Positions 10,532-18,999 of a stretch of DNA of 64,000 bases are shown here, piece by piece; position 1 is the first letter of the stretch, and each line of letters begins with the position of its first letter. The stretch comes from Dehalococcoidia bacterium (lineage in GTDB: Bacteria; Chloroflexota; Dehalococcoidia; Bin125), in NCBI GenBank assembly GCA_963555985.3, contig OY820591.1, positions 480,001 to 544,000 on the forward strand. The letters are read 5' to 3'. The notes below the pieces were generated by a model. That model was not told the origin of the DNA, ran no database searches, and saw only the letters and a list, made by a program, of their open reading frames with translations. Both the position numbers and the translations under genes were made by a program.

Positions 10532-10560
10532 TTGCAAGCAGCAATCCAAATCGCCATACT
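10532..10560 (+). promoter_or_regulatory. Sigma70-type promoter of binding protein 2
   Basis: TTGCAA-17 nt-CATACT. Confidence 0.65.
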
Positions 10561-10606
10561 GCGCGGAACCTTCACCACACCTTCGTGCAACAGGGAAGAG
10601 GCGACC

Positions 10607-12439
10607 ATGGCCGAGCGAAACTATTGGACCCGAATGCGCCGAAATCGAATGTCGCGGCGCGGACTGCTGCGTGCCAGTGCGCGGGCTGGCGTCGGCGCGG
10701 CCGGACTCGCGCTGGTGGGCTGCGGCGATGACGACGACGATGGCCAGCCGGCAGCGGCTCAGGCGCAGCCGCAAGCTCAGGAGCAGCCTGAACAGCAGGC
10801 CGAACAGCAGGCGATGCAGCAAGAGCAGCAGACACAGACTGCCGACGAACAGCAGGCGCAGCAGGCGGCCGTCGCCCAGGCTCAAGCGGCCGGCGGAGCC
10901 AAGTTCGGCGGCATGGTTCAGATCGCGGGCGACGACGGCGGCCTGTTCGACCCCGCCGCGACCATTCACGGCGGCACCGACGCATCCATCTTCCAGTGTT
11001 TCGACTTCATCAACTACCTCGGCGCGGGCAACGAGATCACCGATGCGATGGCTGAGTTGCCGGAGATCGTCGACGAGACCAATTTCGTCTACCAGATCAA
11101 ACCCGACGTCTACTGGCAGGATCTGCCGCCGCTGAACGGGCGCCAGTTCACAGCAGAAGACGCCGTGTTTGGCTACGAACGCTTCGGTTGGGACAACCCC
11201 GAGTTCGTCTATCGAGATCGCTACGTGCTGGTTGAGAGTTTCGAGGCAGTCGACGAGCTGACGATGCACGTCCAGGCCTCGGAGCCGTTCGCGCCGCTGC
11301 TGGTGGCGATGGCGGAGACCGGCGCGCTGATGGTCGCGCGCGACATCGTCGACCAGTTCGGCGACGCCGAAGTCGGCAGCAATCCCGACCTCGTCATTGG
11401 TACCGGCTCGATGATGCTAGATTCGCGCGAGCCGGATGTCGAGACCGTGCTCAAGCGCAATCCGAACTACTACCGCCCGGCCCCCGAGGGCGGCACACTG
11501 CCTTATTTCGACGGCTACAACATCATCTGGGGCCTCGACAACGCGAACCGGATCGCGCAGTACATCGCCGGCAAGACCGACTTCCTCTGGTTGCAGTGGT
11601 ACGGCGAGCTGCAAGAGATCGAGACCGTCCAGGCGGAGATCGGCGAAGACTCAATCGTGGTGGTGCCCAACCCGGTCGCGTTCGGTCTGGCGACGCACGT
11701 GCACTGCGAGGTCGAACCGTACACCGATCCGCGCGTGCGCTTGGCGCTGCACCACGCCGTCAACCGGCCCGCGATCATCGCGACCACGCTCGGGGCCGGC
11801 AATATTGGCGGCCCCATCGCCGAAACGATCGCCCCCTACGGCTGGGGGGTGGACATCCTCACGCAGTTGCCCGGCTACCGTTCCGGCGACGAGCGCGAAG
11901 CCGACCTGGCCGAGGGCCGCAAGCTGCTCGAGGCGAGCGGCTACGACCCGTCGGCAGTGCCGCCGATGGAAATCTGGGACTGGGCCTCCGATCAGGGCCA
12001 GGTGTTGCAGCAGAACTTCGGTGAAGTCGGATACGAGGTCGAGATTCTCGAACTCACCACGGCCGACTCCCTGGCCGCCCGCCAGAACCGCGAGTTCTCG
12101 ATGATCACCTTGGGCCAGCAGGCCGCAGCGGACCCGGATCTGCTCTACAACGACCTGCACACCACCGGCGGCCAGAACTACGGCAACTTCTCCGACCCGG
12201 CGATCGACGAGATGCTGGTCAAGGGCCGGACGACGTTCAGTGTGGAAGATCGCAAGGCGATCTACGACGAGATTCAGACGATTCTGCTTGAGCAGTACGC
12301 CCCGAGGCTCTGGTGGCATTGGAGCCAGGCCACGATCGGACACCGCCCCTGGTTGCAGGGCTACTACCCGACGCCGGGTATTACGCCCACCAACCAGGTC
12401 ATGAACCAGTGCTGGTTCGACGACACGAGAACCATCTAG
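10607..12439 (+). CDS. ABC substrate-binding protein family 5, Tat lipoprotein with Q-rich linker
   Basis: MAERNYW...SRRGLL...LVGC; 'GRQFTAEDAVF', 'IGTG', 'RNPNYY'; start placed by similarity to paralogues and RBS. Confidence 0.9.
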   Translation: MAERNYWTRMRRNRMSRRGLLRASARAGVGAAGLALVGCGDDDDDGQPAAAQAQPQAQEQPEQQAEQQAMQQEQQTQTADEQQAQQAAVAQAQAAGGAKFGGMVQIAGDDGGLFDPAATIHGGTDASIFQCFDFINYLGAGNEITDAMAELPEIVDETNFVYQIKPDVYWQDLPPLNGRQFTAEDAVFGYERFGWDNPEFVYRDRYVLVESFEAVDELTMHVQASEPFAPLLVAMAETGALMVARDIVDQFGDAEVGSNPDLVIGTGSMMLDSREPDVETVLKRNPNYYRPAPEGGTLPYFDGYNIIWGLDNANRIAQYIAGKTDFLWLQWYGELQEIETVQAEIGEDSIVVVPNPVAFGLATHVHCEVEPYTDPRVRLALHHAVNRPAIIATTLGAGNIGGPIAETIAPYGWGVDILTQLPGYRSGDEREADLAEGRKLLEASGYDPSAVPPMEIWDWASDQGQVLQQNFGEVGYEVEILELTTADSLAARQNREFSMITLGQQAAADPDLLYNDLHTTGGQNYGNFSDPAIDEMLVKGRTTFSVEDRKAIYDEIQTILLEQYAPRLWWHWSQATIGHRPWLQGYYPTPGITPTNQVMNQCWFDDTRTI

Positions 12440-12459
12440 GCGGTGCCTCTGTCAATCGG

Positions 12460-12488
12460 TTGCAAGCCTGATCGCCGCGCGTCATACT
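12460..12488 (+). promoter_or_regulatory. Sigma70-type promoter of binding protein 3 operon
   Basis: TTGCAA-17 nt-CATACT, same hexamers as at 10532. Confidence 0.65.
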
Positions 12489-12550
12489 GCGCGGGTATCG
12501 CGTGAAGCACGCTCTGGATCACGTGTGCTCATTAGACGGAAGAGGTCGGC

Positions 12551-14398
12551 ATGAGTGAGCGAAACTATTGGAAACGGATGAGCCGCAATCGCCTGTCGCG
12601 GCGCGGATTGCTCCGCGCCAGCGCCCGCGCCGGTGTCGGCGCGGCGGGACTGGCGCTCGTCGGCTGCGGCGACGATGATGACGACGGCCAGCCCGCCGCC
12701 GCCGCTGTCCAACAGCAGCAAGAGCAGCAGGCGGCCCAGGTGGAGCAACAGGCCGAGCAGCAAGCCGCCCAGCAACAGGCCCAGACCCAGACCGCCGAAG
12801 AACAGCAGGCCCAGCAGCAAGCTGCCGCTCAGGCGCAGGCCCAGGCGGCCGACGGACCCAAGCAAGGCGGCATCGTCCGGATCGTGATGTCGGACGGTGG
12901 CATCTTCGACCCGGCGATTGTGATCCACGGCGGCACCTACGCCGGCGTGCACCAAATCTACGACTGGGTCAACTACCTCGACGAGGGCTTCGTGATCACT
13001 TCGGGGATGGCGGAGTTGCCGGAAGTTGTGGACGAGCTCAATTTCGTCTACTCGATCAAACCGAATGTGTATTGGCACGACAAGTCGCCTCTGGACGGGC
13101 GCCAGTTCACCGCCGAGGACGCCGTCTTCGGACTTGAGCGTTTCGGCTTCGATAATCCGGAGTTCGTGTTCAAGGATCGCTTCTCGATCGTCGAAAAGTT
13201 TGAAGCGACCGACCAACTCACGATGCACGTGGAGGCAGGTCAGGTCTTCTCGCCGATTTTGACGGCGATCGCCGAAGACAACATGCTGATGGTTTCCCGT
13301 GACGCGGTCGAGGCCTTCGGCGACGAAGGCTTGTCGACGGACTTCGAGGCGCAGATCGGCACGGGCGCATTCATGGGACTCTCACGAGAGCCGGAGGTCG
13401 AGCTCAGGCTGGAACGGAATCCCAACTATTACAAGGAGGGGCAACCCTACTTTGACGGCTACAAGGGCATCGCCCTGCCTGACGACGCTCTGCGCACCGC
13501 CGCCTTTGCGGATGGCCAGATCGATTTCCTCGACTACCAGTGGACCGGTAGCCAAACCAATCTCGAAGAGGCGGCCTCGGTGCTCGGCGAAGACGAAGTC
13601 GTGGGCGTCCAGAATCCGGTTACCTACGGTATGGCCACGCACATCCATTGCGAAGTCGAGCCCTATACCGACCCTCGCGTCCGCACTGCTGTGCATCTGG
13701 CCGCCGACCGCGAACAGCTCATTGCGCTCTCTCAGGGTTCGCTGGTGATTGGCGGCCCCATCGCGGTCGCAATCGCACCGTATGGCCGAAGCGAGGACGA
13801 GCTTCGGCAGCTGCCCGGCTACCGCTCGGGCGATCTCCGCCAGGAGGACCTGGCCGAATCGCGCGCCATGCTCGATGCGGCCGGCGTCGACCTCAACGGC
13901 TTCCCACCGATGGACATCTGGGCGCCGAGCGCGTCGGACTACGCCCAGGTGCTACAGCAGAATCTCGCCGAAGTAGGCATCAACATCGACATCAACGAGT
14001 TGACCACCACCGACGCGCTGGCCGCCCGTCAGAACCGTGAGTTCACCATGATCATGCTCGGTCAGCAGGGAGCGTCCGACCCGGATCTGCTCTACAACGA
14101 CCTGCACACCACCGGCGGTCAGAACTACGGCAACTTCTCCAACCCCGAGTTCGACGCGATGGTCGAGAAGGGCCGCTCGGTCTTCGACGTGGAAGAGCGC
14201 AAGGAGATCTACGACGAAGCGCAGGACCGTCTGCTCAACGAGTGGAACCCTCGCCTCTATTGGTCCTGGAGCAACGCGGTCGTCGCCTTCCGTCCGTATC
14301 TGAGAGGATTCCGTCCGACACCAGGACCGACCGCGTCGAACGCCATCATCTGGGGCATGTGGTTCGATCAGATCCCCGATGGCGCCGAAGAATTCTAA
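12551..14398 (+). CDS. ABC substrate-binding protein family 5, Tat lipoprotein; tandem paralogue of 10607-12439
   Basis: Same N-terminus; shared blocks 'HCEVEPYTDPRVR' and 'DPDLLYNDLHTTGGQNYGNFS'. Confidence 0.9.
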   Translation: MSERNYWKRMSRNRLSRRGLLRASARAGVGAAGLALVGCGDDDDDGQPAAAAVQQQQEQQAAQVEQQAEQQAAQQQAQTQTAEEQQAQQQAAAQAQAQAADGPKQGGIVRIVMSDGGIFDPAIVIHGGTYAGVHQIYDWVNYLDEGFVITSGMAELPEVVDELNFVYSIKPNVYWHDKSPLDGRQFTAEDAVFGLERFGFDNPEFVFKDRFSIVEKFEATDQLTMHVEAGQVFSPILTAIAEDNMLMVSRDAVEAFGDEGLSTDFEAQIGTGAFMGLSREPEVELRLERNPNYYKEGQPYFDGYKGIALPDDALRTAAFADGQIDFLDYQWTGSQTNLEEAASVLGEDEVVGVQNPVTYGMATHIHCEVEPYTDPRVRTAVHLAADREQLIALSQGSLVIGGPIAVAIAPYGRSEDELRQLPGYRSGDLRQEDLAESRAMLDAAGVDLNGFPPMDIWAPSASDYAQVLQQNLAEVGINIDINELTTTDALAARQNREFTMIMLGQQGASDPDLLYNDLHTTGGQNYGNFSNPEFDAMVEKGRSVFDVEERKEIYDEAQDRLLNEWNPRLYWSWSNAVVAFRPYLRGFRPTPGPTASNAIIWGMWFDQIPDGAEEF

Positions 14399-14491
14399 CC
14401 TCCCGGCTGGTCGCCCATGGTTGGCCAGTTCGAGCCTGGCCAATACCAGGATCACAGTAAGTAGAGTCTGCGTCCGGACAAACAGCGAGCG

Positions 14492-15448
14492 ATGCGCAAC
14501 TACATCTTCCGCCGCTTGATGCTCTTGCCGATCACGGTGATCCTGCTGTCGATCTTTGTCTTCGGACTGATTCGCCTGGTGCCCGGCTCGGTGATCGACG
14601 CGCGGCTCTCGGCCGGCTTCCCCGGGACCGCCAACGCCGACGACCGGGCCAAGCTGGAAGCGCACTTTGGACTCGATAAACCGGTGCATATCCAGTACGT
14701 CAACTGGATCGGTCAGGTCTTCAGCGGCGACTTCGGCACCTCCTGGCTGACCAAGGAAGACATCCTCGACAACTTCCGCCGCCGGATGCCGGTCACGATT
14801 GAGTTGCTCTTCTTGACGCTGCTGATCTACATCCCGCTCGGGATTGGAACGGGGGTGTGGTCGGCCGTTCGCCAGAACAAGACTGATGACTACAGCATTC
14901 GCTTCGTCACGATCCTCTTCCTCGCCATTCCCAACTTCTGGCTGGCGACGCTGGTGGTCGTGGTCCCGCTCGTGCTCTGGGGGTATGCGCCGCCCGTTCC
15001 CTATGTGCAGTTGTGGGAGGAACCCGATACCAACCTGATCCAGATGATCGTGCCCGCTGCGATCGCCGCGCTGGCTGGCGCGGCCGTGCTCGGCCGCGTC
15101 GCGCGCTCCGAAATGCTCGAGGTCTTGCGTCAGGACTATGTTCGCACCGCCTATGCCAAGGGCTTGAGCGGCTATGTCGTCGTTCTCCGCCACGCGCTGC
15201 GCAACGCGATGATTCCGTTGATCACCCTGATCGGCCTCGTCTTCGCCAACGGCGTGGCCGGGGCGGTGATCGTCGAGCAGATCTTCGCCATCCCCGGCAT
15301 GGGACGCTATCTCGTGCAATCGCTGCTCAACAACGATCTGCCAGTGGTCCAAGTTTGGATGCTGATCTTTGGAGCGGCGTTCATCCTGGTTAACCTGCTC
15401 GTCGACCTGAGCTACGGCATGTTTGATCCAAGGATTCGGTTCCAGTGA
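14492..15448 (+). CDS. ABC permease (DppB-like)
   Basis: 'QDYVRTAYAKGL...RHALRNAMIP', 'DPRIR'. Confidence 0.92.
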   Translation: MRNYIFRRLMLLPITVILLSIFVFGLIRLVPGSVIDARLSAGFPGTANADDRAKLEAHFGLDKPVHIQYVNWIGQVFSGDFGTSWLTKEDILDNFRRRMPVTIELLFLTLLIYIPLGIGTGVWSAVRQNKTDDYSIRFVTILFLAIPNFWLATLVVVVPLVLWGYAPPVPYVQLWEEPDTNLIQMIVPAAIAALAGAAVLGRVARSEMLEVLRQDYVRTAYAKGLSGYVVVLRHALRNAMIPLITLIGLVFANGVAGAVIVEQIFAIPGMGRYLVQSLLNNDLPVVQVWMLIFGAAFILVNLLVDLSYGMFDPRIRFQ

Positions 15449-16335
15449 GCAGCGCAGAACCTGCCGCAGTGGCGTTTGACGTCTACGGGCTTCCAGAGAA
15501 GCCGCCGCTCCGCGTCCGCGCGCGCCGGCTCCTCCGGCAACATCCTCTGGGCGCATTTGGGTTGCTGATCGTCGTGTTCGTCATCTTCCTCGCCGCGGTT
15601 GGGCCGCTGATCGCGGGCGACGCGGAGACGATTTCCCCCGACATCCTGGTCGGGCCCAGCGGCGAGCACTGGTTCGGCACCGATCGACTCGGCCGCGATT
15701 ACCTGGCTCGGGTGGTCGCGGGCGCTCGACTCTCGATGTCTCTCGCGCTGGGCGCGATGGCAATCGGCGTCGGCGTCGCGCTGGTGCTGGGCATGGTCTC
15801 GGCCTACGCCAAGGGTGCGGTCGATCTGTTCTTGCAGCGGATTATCGACATGCTGCTGGCCTTCCCCGGTCTGGTGTTGCTGCTCCTGCTGTCGCAGGTG
15901 ATCGGGAGGGGCTGGCAATCGGTCGCCCTTGGTATGGGCATCATCTTCGCCGTCGGCATGGTCCGCATTGTCCGCGCGAGCACGCTCGCCACTCTGGCCG
16001 AGCAGTACGTCGAGGCTGCCCAGTTGATCGGCGCGTCGCCCTACCGCATCCTCTGGCGGCACGTCCTGCCCAATATGGGACCGCCGCTGCTGATCTACGT
16101 CACCGCATTGCTCGGCGGGGCCATCCTCTTTGAGGGCGCGCTTTCATTCCTCGGCCTCGGCGTTCCCCCGCCTGACCCCTCATGGGGACGGATGCTGACC
16201 GAAGCCCGCACGAACTGGAAGCACCCGCACTTGAGCATCTTCCCCGGTGTCGCCATGACGATCGCCGTACTCGGCTTCAACCTCGTCGGCGACTCTGTCC
16301 GCGACATCTTCGACCCTCGTCTGCGCGGGGCCTAA
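15445..16335 (+). CDS. ABC permease (DppC-like)
   Basis: 'HWFGTDRLGRD', 'RHVLPN', 'LSFLGLG', 'GDSVRDIFDPR'. Confidence 0.92.
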   Translation: MSSAEPAAVAFDVYGLPEKPPLRVRARRLLRQHPLGAFGLLIVVFVIFLAAVGPLIAGDAETISPDILVGPSGEHWFGTDRLGRDYLARVVAGARLSMSLALGAMAIGVGVALVLGMVSAYAKGAVDLFLQRIIDMLLAFPGLVLLLLLSQVIGRGWQSVALGMGIIFAVGMVRIVRASTLATLAEQYVEAAQLIGASPYRILWRHVLPNMGPPLLIYVTALLGGAILFEGALSFLGLGVPPPDPSWGRMLTEARTNWKHPHLSIFPGVAMTIAVLGFNLVGDSVRDIFDPRLRGA

Positions 16336-16399
16336 GGGCCATTCACATGATTCACCTGAGGGGCTGCCGCGGACTCAAGGGGAGTGAGGCCAAGACCGC

Positions 16400-16759
16400 C
16401 TAGTCGAGGACGTCTTGCAACCGACCGACGAACTCTTCGACATTGGCAAGCCCGCCGGAGACGGCTGCCTCAGTCATCCAACCCTCATAGAAGTTTTGAT
16501 GCAAGGCGTTCGCTGATTGGAAGAGAATCCGCAGCCGTTGGTCATTGGTTTCGTCCGTCAGGAGATCAACGGAGCGATACAGGTCGCCGTGAGAACTGTG
16601 CCGCCAGCCGCGAGTCTCCGCGACGGCTTTCACCATGCGCGCCGCGGCTCCCTAGCCCTTCTCCGAGGCCTGCAACAGATCATCATCGGCGAGATACACG
16701 CGGGCCTTGCTCAGGAATTCGTTCGCAGCGTCGGCGTGGTAAGTGGCGCGCGTCGTCAT
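16400..16759 (-). pseudogene. PaREP1/HEPN-like gene with in-frame nonsense codon
   Basis: From ATG 16759 reads MTTRATYHADAANEFLSKARVYLADDDLLQASEKG*GAAARMVKAVA; TAG at 16652-16654 replaces W36 of the same-length paralogue at 38823. Confidence 0.8.
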
Positions 16760-16817
16760 GGCTTGACGATACTACGAATATGAGAGCGTTAGTACTGATT
16801 CGGAACGCCGGCCGTTC

Positions 16818-18086
16818 TCAGTCTGGCAACGCTTCGGCCACCGCGCCGCAGGCGATCAACTCCGCAATCTCGTCGTCTCCATATCCCAACTCGCCCAGCA
16901 CCTCTCGAAGGTGTTCGCCAAACGCCGGCGTCTCGGTCGCCGCCGTATAGCGACTCTCACTGAATTGCACCGGGGCCTGCGGCATCAGGACCGGCCCGAC
17001 TGCCGGGTGGTCGAAGCTGTGCACGTAGTCGTTCGCGCGGGCGTGCTCGCTGAGCATCGCCTCCTCAAGTGAACTCAGCAGCGCACAGGGCACTCCGGCC
17101 GCCTGCATCCGGTCGCGCATCTCTGCTCCGTCGTGCTTGAGCGCGACATTGCGAATCTGCTCTCGGATAGAGCGGAAGTGTTCGCGCGGGTCGTCGGGCA
17201 TCTCCCAGTCCGGATCATGCACGCTCGGATCCTCAATGCCCAATACCTCCAGCAGGCGCTCATAGGCCGCCTTCGATGAACCCAACGTGATCCAACGCCC
17301 ATCCCGCGTCTCGTAGAGTCCGCCAACGATCAGCGCGGTCTGCTCGCGCCGATACTGCGCGGCGTCGGTTGGGTGCGGCCGCTCCTGCGCCATCCAGTCG
17401 GCGAACTCTCGTTTCCAACCGTCGACCGCGTCGAACAGGTTGGCGGTCGCGTGTTGCAGCGAGAGTCCGGCCTGGTAGAGCGAGGTGCGTACGTGCTGTC
17501 CCTTGCCCGTGAATTCGCGCCGGTAGAGCGCTCCGGCGATGCCGAAGGACAACAGCGTGCCCGCGTGGAAGTCGCACAGGTAGGCGTCGAGGATTTGCGG
17601 CTCGTCGCCCTCGAAGTTGGCTGTTGACAGCGCCAGCCCCGACGCCGCAGCGGCTTGGAAGTCGGCGCCCAGGTGCATCCCGTAGGGGCCTTGCTCGCCC
17701 ATCGCGGAGATTTCGGCCACGATGATCCGCTCGTTTTCGGCGCTCAGCGATTCGTAGTCCAGACCTAAGCGCTTGAGCGCGCCGGGGCGCATATTCGAGA
17801 TCAGCACATCGCTGTCCAGCGCCAATTCGCGCGCTAGCGCTCGACCTCGCGGATGGCTGAGGTTGATCGGGACGCCGCGTTTGCCCCGCGCCTTGATGAT
17901 GTAATGGCGACCCTCGCCGTGGACGATGGCGCTATTGAATCGGGTGGCGTCGCCAGTGACGGGTTCAATCTTGATCACGTCGGCGCCGCCGTGGGCCAGC
18001 AGTTCGCTCGCGTACGGTCCGGCGACAAACAGTCCAAATTCGAGCACGCGCACGCCGGAGAAGATGCCGTCCGGCTCGCTCGTCAT
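16818..18086 (-). CDS. Class III CoA-transferase (CaiB/BaiF)
   Basis: 'GVRVLEFGLFVAGPY...GADVIKIEP...GDATR', 'NMRPG...LGLDY', putative catalytic Asp in 'LCDFHAG'. Confidence 0.9.
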   Translation of the reverse strand: MTSEPDGIFSGVRVLEFGLFVAGPYASELLAHGGADVIKIEPVTGDATRFNSAIVHGEGRHYIIKARGKRGVPINLSHPRGRALARELALDSDVLISNMRPGALKRLGLDYESLSAENERIIVAEISAMGEQGPYGMHLGADFQAAAASGLALSTANFEGDEPQILDAYLCDFHAGTLLSFGIAGALYRREFTGKGQHVRTSLYQAGLSLQHATANLFDAVDGWKREFADWMAQERPHPTDAAQYRREQTALIVGGLYETRDGRWITLGSSKAAYERLLEVLGIEDPSVHDPDWEMPDDPREHFRSIREQIRNVALKHDGAEMRDRMQAAGVPCALLSSLEEAMLSEHARANDYVHSFDHPAVGPVLMPQAPVQFSESRYTAATETPAFGEHLREVLGELGYGDDEIAELIACGAVAEALPD

Positions 18087-18157
18087 CGCCTCGCTCCCAA
18101 CCTCTCTCAATGCTAACGAGCGCGCTCTCTCGGAAAGAACTGGCTACGATCAATCCC

Positions 18158-18904
18158 ATGACGACGCTCCAAGCTCCAGCGGACATCAACGCCGCCATTG
18201 ACAAGATGGTCGAGATCATCGTGCAAGGTTGGGATCCGTTGCAGATCGTCCTGTTCGGCTCCCGCGCCCGAGGCGACCACCACGAGGCCAGCGATGTCGA
18301 CCTGCTGGTCGTCCTCGACCAGTGTGAAGACCGCCACAAATCGAGTTCGGCGATCAGCGCCGCCCTGCCCAAGCTGGGGATACCGACCGACGTCATCGTG
18401 ACCACGCCCGCGCTCTTCCTCAAGCGCGCTTGTCTGGTCGGCGCGGTCGAGCGCAAAGCCCTAATCGACGGTCGCATACTCTACGTGCGGGGAGGCGGCG
18501 ATCCGGTGATCGAGGAAGCCCTGCACCAGCTTCGACTGGCATTGGAAGACTTGGGTGCCGCTGAGTTCCTAATGAGCATTGAGAGCCAACCGCCGCGCCA
18601 GCCTTGTTTCCTCGCGCAACAGGCCGCCCAGAAATCGCTCAAAGCGGCCCTCGAACTGGAGCGCAACGATTACCCCCACTTCAACCGGCTCGACAATCTG
18701 CTCCCGCAGTTGCCGCCGGCTTGGCCCGTACACCACCTTCAGGTCAATCTCAAACGACTCAATGCCTTGATCGTTGACGCCAGCTATCGAGACGTCGCCA
18801 AGCTACCCACCAGCGCCGAGGCCGCCGTCGCTGTCTCGGACGCCCGCCTGGTCGTCGAGGCCATCGCCGATGAGTTCCAGCGCCGGGGCCTCGAACTCCC
18901 CTAG
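18158..18904 (+). CDS. Minimal nucleotidyltransferase (MNT)-HEPN fusion protein
   Basis: N-half 'LFGSRARGD...SDVDLLVV'; C-half HEPN-like 'CFLAQQAAQKSLKA'. Confidence 0.8.
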   Translation: MTTLQAPADINAAIDKMVEIIVQGWDPLQIVLFGSRARGDHHEASDVDLLVVLDQCEDRHKSSSAISAALPKLGIPTDVIVTTPALFLKRACLVGAVERKALIDGRILYVRGGGDPVIEEALHQLRLALEDLGAAEFLMSIESQPPRQPCFLAQQAAQKSLKAALELERNDYPHFNRLDNLLPQLPPAWPVHHLQVNLKRLNALIVDASYRDVAKLPTSAEAAVAVSDARLVVEAIADEFQRRGLELP

Positions 18905-18999
18905 CCGCCCCGGATCGTCCCGCTACCGCGACGCGTCGCCGTCCGTCGTCCTATCTTCTCCGAACCGCGTATGACTGGGCTCAGGATCAGGAGTGGCAG

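Noticed and set aside
16652-16654. Amber recoding or pyrrolysine readthrough
   Set aside because: TAG ends many genes here, no pyl genes are seen, and a single TGG-to-TAG change explains it.
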